Shown here in pieces: positions 38,401-46,600 of a stretch of 61,495 nucleotides of DNA. Made by a program: the position numbers and the translations under genes. The notes beneath the pieces were generated by a model that saw only the letters and a list, made by a program, of their open reading frames with translations, was not told where the DNA came from and searched no databases. Source of the stretch: a virus (taxonomy: Duplodnaviria > Caudoviricetes); the IMG/VR virus record IMGVR_UViG_3300023196_001512, positions 1 through 61,495 of that record; one strand, given 5' to 3'. Position 1 is the first letter of the stretch. Each line of letters opens with the position of its first letter.

Positions 38401-39639
38401 AATCTATATGTAAGAGCTTTAATACCTGACGCGTCAGGTAGTGGTGCTGGATTTAGACTTAGCAATGTTAGCGCACCAGGTGAATATGTCATAAATTATA
38501 ATGCCACGTCTGATTATGTGCCAAGCATAGTTACTCAGCCACAAGGATCAGATGCGCAATTGCTAGCTGGTAGCAATTCTACTAGTAGTAACTATACTTT
38601 TTCTTTTAGTCAACTTGCAAACGATACTTTTGAAGGTTCTATTAGTAATATATCAATATTAGATGTTACTCCTACGTTCACCGGTGGTGGTGTTGATAAT
38701 TGGATTCTTGCAGGTTTTGATTCAAGCGTAAGAAACGATTTGTACTGGGAGAAAAGTACTAGCTCTTTAGTTTGGGATAACGTTGATTTAATCGCTTCTA
38801 CTGGAGGTGTAACAGCTAGACAAAACGTAGGACTTTTAAAGACTGGAGATGCTTATACATTGTCTTTTGATTACACTGGAAACACAGGAACGTTTAAAGG
38901 ATATTATTATAATAAAGACGATAAAGGATTTTATTTTGAGCTTGATCAAAATCAAGGTCATTTTAGTCAAAACTTTATTATTGGCGACAACACAAGTAGC
39001 ACGGCTACAAAAAACGCTTTAGTATTATATTTTATTGGCGAAGATGATAATGGCGCTAGTATAAAAGTTGATAATATTGTTTTTAGATCTACTGTAAGAG
39101 AAAACTTCAACGCCAGAACGTTAAGCTATAGCGAACAAGCTAAAGGTTGGATAAGTTTCAAATCTTTCATACCAGAAAGCGGCGTAAGCTTAGGTGGAGA
39201 CTACTACACGTTTAGTAACGGATCAATACACAAGCATCACCAAGAAGAGACTAATAATAACGTTTTCTATGATCAAGCAAGAGTAAATTCTTATATTGAT
39301 TTTATATTTAATGACTCTACTCCTGTAATAAAAGATTTTAAAGCATTATCTTACGAAGGTAGTGCAGGAAAAAGAAACAGTTATGTCGAGCATGTTGATG
39401 GCGCTACTGATGTAAACTACGACAACTTAAACAGTGTTGACGGTTGGTTTGTTTCAAACATAGCTACTGACTTGCAAAGAGGTTCTATACCAGAGTTTAT
39501 TAAAAAAGAAGGTAAATACTATAACTATATAAGAGGAGGTTCTTTTGACAACACAAACTCAGATGACATAGGAAGTTTAAATGTACAAGGCTTAGGTATT
39601 ATTGCTGATGTTGAGTACGATCAAATTATTGTAGACTAA
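32464..39639 (+). CDS. Tail nozzle/muzzle (phage stabilization protein-like), 2391 aa
   Basis: N-term F..GKMNKDLDER..P.GQY.DAMN; GEFGISKNPESF, YFTD, GWISFKSF, F..KEGKYY. Confidence 0.75.
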   Translation: MAEITNNFLQGKMNKDLDERILPKGQYRDAMNIQIATSDGSDVGSAQSILGTKALSAIGAYDSTSVCIGSIKDTLTDCIYYFVRSSNRDFIAKYDARADYATFVAVDLSRTPDLTDGDGNPITLDPFLKFTGKQITAINIIDNYLFWSDGDNEPKKIDLSKNYSGLQSNPQSYNHHSRLILDGVNYGFLKEEHLTVIKKKPLRAPQIKVNSSKGNEKSSIFQRQIPRFCVRYKYEDNQLSAFSPFTQPVFNAEYIDDYNSNNFYDISESYNTAMLNYISSIEVYGFVDNSMPDDVVEVEILYKTEDSNVIYSIAKIKKTDTSWSDIGSYIGDLGFNEPGTYLDTSGSYVIRSENVFTAIAEDQFLRPFDNVPRKALAQEVVGNRIVYGNYTQNYDLDSVDIEATAAPYFYETQDKPVKSLKSDRSYQVGVLFVDDYGRETPVFTSTQGGFKTIQDLSSEASWKTSIKVNSNIPEWARYYKFYIKESSGQYYNLLNQRVYIPFSHSQFENNESHVYLSFPSKDRSKISVDDYIVLKTVMLEPTPFRVGEDNKYKVLDVSNEAPEAISYKFYDLGAVDNKESNILTSETTGIFVQDPSVNEADLQRIDQQTDTLIIRKDEWQAIGVDGAALTNSEGGGNETSNKVENLYVSWSLGSLQSKRYKVTNVRVSLDSNYIIRLSEVINLQDALIANLNGLDTDGDLNRQTNMPPNLKFKIQRKDRYSDENFSGHFFVKIAADELIKSQLVNQPKQIEATDKVLAAEKLYLWLDEADASASTTKNSNVQHYDLITNNYYGGTGSQPADITVPIDGNGITNSKVEWDNLLNANIGFGDGQGKFFIDGMYMAASNPSQTLYARESGQGWVGSADIRYPSIVWSKTQSGQNVDEKTGWRLEDAPDQYTAITFYNTTLSYTYNTSEMDATTQAPISFNAADAASNYVNGIEPIFQANADYTSNTYNENSRRWSNSTIYGSSRVDDLTNTYSPNGYYMHVSFLGPGEDLFSKDQDFPDGVASRGIRSLGNYTQGIWGGGAFNNGARDGFVEMEGHYGSAFFNNYNIASATVPGPNVKAGEAMGINYQEDRWSVLGYDLNYQEQHERQFDLTYGTDNVQKVQEIISNLVAGKKFRFSVDTNKEIYTILGVDVKRVYNHTPWRARKVWDGSSFVNGEDSVEEAVLDWATNNSYTADVNAGNLINAGAATGEQAVRWNTVLDRLEAFGAKSNRRVVYALKLDKDPTSFVLSSNDNTFDVDSSNSLIEFVEESAKSFSSEASTNKALFETEPEKSADLDIYYEISDAIPVEITKENKDIIFPIGSKVEILNFDKAVDGIELPKARYIRQAFYSAAGDLSIVVNGLDDADRGFNYYDPSDGATELDYVGKILAITRADGSVVHVEITQRNASSAYYTSGDGSGNYGYALSFKVKLSPSLPYYSNFYNVFAFGNGIESNTVRDDFNGVSIRTGARASTTLDEPYREEVREHGLIFSGLYNSNTGVNNLNQFIQAQKITKDLNPTYGSIQKLFQRQTNLVVFCEDRVVKVISNKDAIFNADGNPQLVANDRVLGQVTPFVGEFGISKNPESFASESYRAYFTDKQRRAVLRLSMDGLTPISDAGMKDWFGDNLADNSIACLGTYDDDKQEYNLTIKEGYNKNIIANDSFDDGVELVETYLGQNLVNTAFTGGSAFTDLTSPSKRAQFYLSKLIYNSGQIIRDANIDGTITHDLPSAPPVLEAGRWYMSEIESPYNTNFISTSSGLVETNNINVIADSGVALQVIDIFEFGYGSETVDEAGLATPDLHNFNQTDAEFRQELPYHFGQISGAGVSGNTMSFMLAARDHTNIGEPILLAIWKQQVEAPFSFRSWFGPSVNPGFDIATIKLYDITEPPSMSVPSGWAVQSENYTMPHAGYRYIEEFYIDDEYTEDERARPMVYYKDNAIQFNTVSKEYLAAEIYNSNSSSFDPEAEYLTPTHAGYNFSFTIGPNVDTGNISGNLYVRALIPDASGSGAGFRLSNVSAPGEYVINYNATSDYVPSIVTQPQGSDAQLLAGSNSTSSNYTFSFSQLANDTFEGSISNISILDVTPTFTGGGVDNWILAGFDSSVRNDLYWEKSTSSLVWDNVDLIASTGGVTARQNVGLLKTGDAYTLSFDYTGNTGTFKGYYYNKDDKGFYFELDQNQGHFSQNFIIGDNTSSTATKNALVLYFIGEDDNGASIKVDNIVFRSTVRENFNARTLSYSEQAKGWISFKSFIPESGVSLGGDYYTFSNGSIHKHHQEETNNNVFYDQARVNSYIDFIFNDSTPVIKDFKALSYEGSAGKRNSYVEHVDGATDVNYDNLNSVDGWFVSNIATDLQRGSIPEFIKKEGKYYNYIRGGSFDNTNSDDIGSLNVQGLGIIADVEYDQIIVD

Positions 39640-39645
39640 TAATAA

Positions 39646-40872
39646 ATGGCAAATATAAATAGCATATCAATATCAAACACCGACTTAGACGCTGCTGGCG
39701 AAAATAGGTCTTTATCTATGCAAGGTGAAGTTGGCGCGCAAGCAACAATACAAGTTGTTAGTAGTGCTAATAAGTTTTATGACTTTGTTACAAGCAGTTT
39801 TGAGTCTAGTTTTAGTACTAAAAGCAAGTTAGAAATTACATTAACAAGCGGTAGTTTTTCAAAGCTTATAAACTTTCCACCTGGCAACTCTGTAAAATAT
39901 TTTGTTATTGTAAGTCCAAAGCCTTACACAGACACTTCAATTCCTGGTGGAGTTTATGTTGAAGAAATAGGATCTATATCTGATTCTACAATAACGTTTG
40001 CTGCGGTTACAGACAACACAGCTAAATATGCTTCTGATCCAGTAATCGCTAACACAACAATTACAGGATCTCCTTCTGGATCAACGTCAAAAATAGTCAA
40101 TGTATCAGGAACTATAAACAACGCTACTACAGACACTAATAGTCAAGGTTTATTCGTGCTCTCTAGAGCGGTGCTAAACAATAATAGCTTTAATTTTCAA
40201 ACAACTAAAGTTATATCTAGTAATCCGGCTGGTGATGGTGTATCAAACTCTAGAGCTATACTTTCAGATGTAACAGATTTAGTTTTAGGTATGCGTTTAG
40301 TTTTTCACAAAGGAACTACAGCGCCTTCTTCTACTACCGTTATACAAGCTATAGACACAAGTATTAATCAAGTCGTGTTTAGTAATTCTATTGCTTTTGA
40401 AGACGGAGAAACTATGACGTTAATAGCAGACGGTTTATCTTTAGCAGCCTCAGCTATAGGTGCTAGTATTACTTTAAACTCAAGCTCTATAGATCCAGGT
40501 GTTCCAGACATAACTACAAATGTTAGATCTGGAGGATCTGGAACTACTATCAACGTAACTACAACCCAAGGTATACCTGGTGGAAGTAGAGCTAGATTTA
40601 CAGGTGTAGGTGTTGATAATTCTAGCACAAACAACGTAAACGTAGTTACGCCAGACCCTGACGGAACTGATGGCGACGGTGTAATAACTTGTGATCTTTC
40701 GCAATCATTAACCGTGGGTACAAAATTAACTTTTTCTTCAGAAGGCGCAAAAGAAGTATTGACAACAGCGGCTACTTTAACCGCTCAGTTAACAGTAACT
40801 CAGTTTCCTCAAACTGACAAAACAATAAATATTAGTATTGATGGTTTAATAACTCCAGGCACAGTATCATGA
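39646..40872 (+). CDS. Putative tail structural protein
   Basis: S/T-rich beta composition, in tail module. Confidence 0.65.
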   Translation: MANINSISISNTDLDAAGENRSLSMQGEVGAQATIQVVSSANKFYDFVTSSFESSFSTKSKLEITLTSGSFSKLINFPPGNSVKYFVIVSPKPYTDTSIPGGVYVEEIGSISDSTITFAAVTDNTAKYASDPVIANTTITGSPSGSTSKIVNVSGTINNATTDTNSQGLFVLSRAVLNNNSFNFQTTKVISSNPAGDGVSNSRAILSDVTDLVLGMRLVFHKGTTAPSSTTVIQAIDTSINQVVFSNSIAFEDGETMTLIADGLSLAASAIGASITLNSSSIDPGVPDITTNVRSGGSGTTINVTTTQGIPGGSRARFTGVGVDNSSTNNVNVVTPDPDGTDGDGVITCDLSQSLTVGTKLTFSSEGAKEVLTTAATLTAQLTVTQFPQTDKTINISIDGLITPGTVS

Positions 40873-41207
40873 CAATTGAATTAAACGAAAACATAAATAT
40901 AAACGATTCACTTCAAGTAGGTGATGTATTATATTACGCGCCGCTAAATGGTGCAGGTCCAATATCTAATAGCTTAGATAATCCTATAATAATTGGAGAA
41001 GTGACTAACATTAGTGGATCAACAATAACTACAGTTGAAACTTCAGCTCAACCTCAAGAAGGTGATTTTTTAATGTTTGTTAAAAACAATAAAGTAAACA
41101 CGTCAGGTCTAAAAGGATATTACGCCAGAGTTAAGCTGGAGTTAGACTCTGATAATAAAGGTAAATTGTTTTCTGTATCTGCAGAGGTATCAGAAAGTAG
41201 TAAATAA
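40869..41207 (+). CDS. Small tail protein
   Basis: SLQVGD.LYY; SGLKGYYA.V.L; LFSV..EV.ESS. Confidence 0.65.
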   Translation: MTIELNENININDSLQVGDVLYYAPLNGAGPISNSLDNPIIIGEVTNISGSTITTVETSAQPQEGDFLMFVKNNKVNTSGLKGYYARVKLELDSDNKGKLFSVSAEVSESSK

Positions 41208-41247
41208 CAAGTCAAAAATGTAACTATTAATACATAAATTTAATAAT

Positions 41248-42090
41248 ATGGCAATAGTAGGTTTAAAAAAAATAAGTCCGTTCAAGATTCCTATAGATCC
41301 GATGACAGCGATAAGCTTAGGATCTTCTGTGCTAGGGCTGTTCGGCGCTGGCAAAGCTAGAAAGGCGGCTAGAAGACAAGACGCTGAAGCAAGAGAAAGA
41401 CTAGCAGAAGCTAGAGACGCTTATAATGCTATAGAGTTTACAAATCCTTACGAAGGTGTAACAAATCCATACGAAGGTATACAAAGTCAGTTTACAGGTA
41501 TGGAAAACGTGTATGAAGAGCCACAGGTTGATACTAGAGCCGTAGACTACATGCGTGAGCAATCGCAACAACAACAAGCTAATATACTAGGTAACTTAAG
41601 AGGCGTAGCTGGTGGTAGCGGCGTAGCTGGTTTAGCACAACAAATATCTAACATCGGAACAGAGCAGGCTAGAAGACAATCTGTTGATATTGCAAGACAA
41701 GAGCGTCAAAGCGAAATGGCTAGAAGAGGTGAAGCTAGTAGAATAGACTCGCTGCAGAGACAAGACGCGCAGAGAATAGACATGTTGCAAAGACAAGGCG
41801 CTTATCAATCAGATATGCTGCAAAGAAAAGGCGATATGTACGTTCAGCAACAAGAGCAGAATAGAATATCTAGCTTATATGGTTTAGCTGCTGACAGACA
41901 AACAAGTACTAGCCAAGCGTTAAACGCGGCTCAAGGAGAGTTTAGTTCTGCACTTGGTGATTTAGGTGGAACAATAGCTGGAGGTGTAGCTTCAGGGTCA
42001 TTTGGACCTCAATTAAATTCTCAAGGCTTGCCTATGAGCGACGCAAAAGATTTTGGAGAATACACTGGTGATAGATTTGTTTTTAAATAA
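41248..42090 (+). CDS. Putative ejected (internal virion/pilot) protein
   Basis: Gly/Ala-rich hydrophobic N-terminus, Q/R-rich helices, located after tail genes. Confidence 0.65.
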   Translation: MAIVGLKKISPFKIPIDPMTAISLGSSVLGLFGAGKARKAARRQDAEARERLAEARDAYNAIEFTNPYEGVTNPYEGIQSQFTGMENVYEEPQVDTRAVDYMREQSQQQQANILGNLRGVAGGSGVAGLAQQISNIGTEQARRQSVDIARQERQSEMARRGEASRIDSLQRQDAQRIDMLQRQGAYQSDMLQRKGDMYVQQQEQNRISSLYGLAADRQTSTSQALNAAQGEFSSALGDLGGTIAGGVASGSFGPQLNSQGLPMSDAKDFGEYTGDRFVFK

Positions 42091-42095
42091 TAATT

Positions 42096-43646
42096 ATGGC
42101 ACAAGAAAAAGATTTTATGAAAAGCCAAGACTTTCTTGGAGACTTAACAAAGAACGTAAGCAAGTCTACTGGTAGTGGTTTATTTGAAAAGTTGTCTGCT
42201 AACGCTAGGCAACAAGCTCTTCAACCTTTAGTTGGATTATCTAATATAAAAAAAGCTGTTGCTCCGCTTATAGAATTAAAAGATAAAGCTGAAACTGCTC
42301 AAAAAGCAGGTATGGCAGCTTACATTGCTGCTAATCCAGAAATAGACGAGTCATTGTTATATGACGGTACTGGAGACCTAGTTAATAGTGTGATGCAGCA
42401 AAACAACTTAAGATTTAGAGAGATAAATCAACAATTGTCTTTTATGGACATTCGTAATCCAAGGTATCAAGAGCTTGCTAACGAATTAAACCAAATAAAC
42501 ACTACTAGTGCTCAGCTAAGAGAAGATAATAAAAAGCTATTAGGCATTAGAAACTTGATGAAAGATGACAATAGAGTTGAAGAGATAACAGAAGGTATGA
42601 ATAAGTCTGAGCGACTCATGTATCAAGATATTCTTGCTGGAAACCAAGACAACTTTGTAAACATCAACGGCAAGCTTCACTGGCAAGATCCAAACAACCC
42701 ACAAGAAGATCCTATGGCTATATCTAGCTTAGACGCTGGTGGACCTATGTATACTAACTCTGTTGTAATGGAAAAACATATTGGTCTTTACAATGAGGTT
42801 ATTAATGCTCAGTTTGTGGATGACGCTGTACTGTACAGTAAGATAAATAGCTTGTGGAAAAATGATGGCGTTGGTAACGCAGGTTTAAAGTCGTTTATAT
42901 TTGATAATAGAGACGCTGACGATGCTATGGGATTTGACACTAACGGCTGGTTTGACTCTTGGTATAAAGCAAACGGTATTGCTGAAGATGATGAAGATGC
43001 TAAAATGGCAGAATACGAAAGAATTAGAAGTGTTGGCGTAACAGCGGACGCTTTAGTAGAAGGCTTGCCCGGTGTTAAAAAACATTTTACTAAATGGTAT
43101 CATAATGAAATGAAGAACAACGTTGCTAGTCAATATAATAAAAAGAAAGCTGCAGAGACTAAAACCACAGGAGGCGGTAAAGTTCCACCTGAAAAACCTA
43201 AAGCTTTTCCTACTGGTGATCTTGACAAGTCTTTGTTAGGAGAGCTAGACAAAAACATGATGTATAAAGACCAAGCTGGTACTGGAGAACAATTTGGTAT
43301 AGCTAAAAGTCCGTTTGCAGGTATAACGCAATACGGTTGGACACAAGCAGGGCTAGATAAAGATGATGCTATATTTGATTTTGGTGATGGAGAGTTTGTT
43401 GAAACTAAACTTAACGATGCGTACAGCAAGTATGGGTTTAAGTTTAAAGCACTAAAAAATCTTGAAGGTGGAACTTTTGGCGATCGTTTAGTAGTCACTT
43501 ATAATGGTGAAGAGATGGCTACTTATGAGTTTGATAACTTAATAGGTGATGAAAGCGAAGCTGAAAGACTACAAGAGGCTATGCACAACAAAGTGAATAT
43601 GCCACTCAAAGAAGAAGTAGATGATCTACCTTTAAATGTAAAATAA
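42096..43646 (+). CDS. Putative ejected (internal virion) protein
   Basis: Helical 516-aa protein between pilot-like and giant protein genes. Confidence 0.6.
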   Translation: MAQEKDFMKSQDFLGDLTKNVSKSTGSGLFEKLSANARQQALQPLVGLSNIKKAVAPLIELKDKAETAQKAGMAAYIAANPEIDESLLYDGTGDLVNSVMQQNNLRFREINQQLSFMDIRNPRYQELANELNQINTTSAQLREDNKKLLGIRNLMKDDNRVEEITEGMNKSERLMYQDILAGNQDNFVNINGKLHWQDPNNPQEDPMAISSLDAGGPMYTNSVVMEKHIGLYNEVINAQFVDDAVLYSKINSLWKNDGVGNAGLKSFIFDNRDADDAMGFDTNGWFDSWYKANGIAEDDEDAKMAEYERIRSVGVTADALVEGLPGVKKHFTKWYHNEMKNNVASQYNKKKAAETKTTGGGKVPPEKPKAFPTGDLDKSLLGELDKNMMYKDQAGTGEQFGIAKSPFAGITQYGWTQAGLDKDDAIFDFGDGEFVETKLNDAYSKYGFKFKALKNLEGGTFGDRLVVTYNGEEMATYEFDNLIGDESEAERLQEAMHNKVNMPLKEEVDDLPLNVK

Positions 43647-43655
43647 AAGTTCTGT

Positions 43656-46600
43656 ATGAATAATCTACAAAAACTATATCAAACTATATTTGATGCTGGC
43701 TTGATCAATAATTCTTTTGAGGATTTTAGCCAAGGCATGCTTGGTGAAGATTATCAAAAAAAAGTATTTGATGCTATTACTGACAAAGGCTTATTTAGTC
43801 AAGATTTTAATACTTTTAAGTCTGGTTATTCTCCTAAAAAAGTAAAAATTTTTGGTAAAGAAAAAGATCAAGATGATTTAAGCTTCTTTGAAAGCTTAGC
43901 TGTGTCTATGAAAAACAAATTTCCAGAGATTTCAAAAACATTAGACTGGTACAGCGCTTACACTGTTGATGTTGGTGTGGATCTTGCTGACGCTGTTTTT
44001 GGAGATGCTTTTAGTACTACACCTAAAGATGTTGTTGATAAAGAGTTTGGAGGAGACTTTAAGTCTGCTATAGATAAGTCGTCTGATAAAGATGCTAGCA
44101 CAAAAAATGTATATTTCATAGATCCTTTAACTAAAAATAAAATTGTTTTTGATAAAAAGGCTTTTGAATCAAAGGGACATTATGCTGAAGAAAACGAAAG
44201 ATGGTATGAGCTTGCTAGGCTAGCTGAAAAGTCTGATGATATAGAAAGCGGCTTTATAGATTCTGATGCTAACGCTATAAAAGCAGATATGGCAATGCCT
44301 GTTATAAAAAGAGCTCTTGAAACCGAAAAAGAAATACAAGAGTTTACTAGCAGAGATACTACAGGTTTTACAGACGCGATGAAGAAAGGGAAAACCAAAG
44401 ATGCTTCTTTGTACGCTATAGACTTTGCTGGTCAAATGTTAAAATCTATTGTATTGGCTAAACTTACTAGAGGAGCGTCTCTATATGCTGAGGCCGTTTC
44501 TAGCACTTACCAGGGCTTTAACTTAGAGAAAGCTAACGCTTTGTATGGAGGAAGAGACGAAGAGTCTGTTAGAAAGCTTATGGCAAACGGCGAAAGTGAA
44601 GTTTTAATTCCAACTGCAGCGGCGGGGTTTGTCGCAGCTTTAGATAAATTAGGCTTAGATGGCCTGTCAGGCAAGTACTTTAAAAATATATTAGCACATA
44701 GAAAAGCTTTAACGCTACTTGTAGGATCTGGTACTGAAGGTGCTACTGAATATACTCAAGGTTTATTAGAAAGATTTAATAATAATCTAGGTGCTCAAAT
44801 GAGTGTAAAAGAAGCCGCAGAAGATGTAGCTGAATACGCTGGATCAGACGAGGCTTTAGATCAGTTTTTTGCAGGTTTGATTGGTGGTGGCATGATTCAA
44901 GGTGGTGGTATGACATACAACGCTGCGTTTAGAAGAGATGAAGCCTCTATAGATTTTATTGATAAAAAAATAAACAACATTAACAAACTTCAAGAAGAAG
45001 CTTATAAATTACAAGATCCTGAAGTAATTAAAGCTAACAAAGCTAAAGTAGATCAAGAGTTTAAAGAACTAAAGCTTTATCTAAAAAGAAACAAAGACGC
45101 CTCTGAGTTTTTAACTGATAAAGGAAAAAAAGAAATAATAGATTTAGCTAATTCAAGAGAGTCTGTACAGAAGAAAATAAAAGAATTAAACAACCTTAAA
45201 AAGAAGGGCGCTATAACAAAAGAAGCAGCTGAAGTTAGATTAAACCAATACCAGTCGCAGTTAAAAGAAATAAATAGTAAAACAACAGAGATAAGAAATG
45301 AAGCGGTTAAGTCAAAACTTCAAGCAGACTTAAAAACTTCTGGTTTTGCTGTAGAGAATATTGACGAGCTAAATCAAGTAGTAGTAAAAGACGGTAAAGA
45401 ATTATTCGAGAAAGTTGACGAGTGGTATAAAAGACATGGCTTAGAAAATCCTTATACTCAGAGTGAGTTTGAAGGCCAAGGCGGTGGTGACGCTTTGATA
45501 TTAGGTAACAATATATTTATAAACGAAAAAAATGCTGTTAAAAATTCAGCATTTGGCGTTGGTACTCACGAGTTTTTGCACGCTGTAATTAAGTCTGTTA
45601 TTAGAAAAAAAGACGGTAGTGGTGAGCTTTCTGACAAAGGCGTAGCTTTAGTTAAAGACTTTTTAAATACATTGAGTAGAAGCGATAGAGTTGAAGTTGA
45701 AAAACGAATGAGAGATGAATACGAAGAAGGTCTTTCAGAAGAACAAAACTTTAGAATATACGGCGAAGAAGCTTTAACTTATTATGTTCAATTAAAGAAA
45801 GAAAAAAGATTAACTAAATCTGCTGCTCAAAGAGGCATGATGTGGCTTAAAAATTCTTTTAGCAAAGAAACGCCTTACAAAAACTTAGATATAACTGATG
45901 GTAAAAGTTTTCAAAACTTTCTTGACATTTTTGTTTCAGATGCAGATCAAGGTCAGTTTAGATCTGAGTTTGTTGCTTTAGCTAAACAAGGAGCTGAAGA
46001 AACTGTAGTTGAAACAAAAGCCGCAGCTAGTAAAACTACTCGTAGAGCTAAAAGAAGTCGTACGGTAGCAGAAAAACAGATAACCGAAAAAGCTAAAACT
46101 GCTCAGAGCAAGATAGATGAAATTGGTAAAAAAGCTAGTAACAAAGCTGAATACGATGCTGGTGTAAATGTTGAGGCTTATACTTATTTAACTGAAGGTG
46201 GAGGATTATCTGCTATGATAAAAGCTAAACTCTTAAAATATGACATAAGCGTTTCTGGTAAAGACGCTAATGTTTATGGGCAGCCATTAGAGCTTTTTAT
46301 TGAAGATGTTAAAGGAAGAGTAATACCAGCTATATTAGGATTTAATCCTGAAAAAGAAACTACTAGTGAAGGTAAGTTTGGGCTTTCTGGTTGGGTAAAC
46401 TTTAATTTAAATAAAAGAGTTTTAGATAGCATAGGAGACTCTAAAAAAACTGTTGTAGGTGTTTCTTTAAACAAAAAGGTTGGAGACTCAGACATGGAAG
46501 TTGGAGACTTTTTATATGTTGAAGGCGACAAACGTATAGAAAGCTTTGAAGAGCAAAACTTAAGCGTATATAGTGAGACGCAACAAGAAAACGTAGAGAT

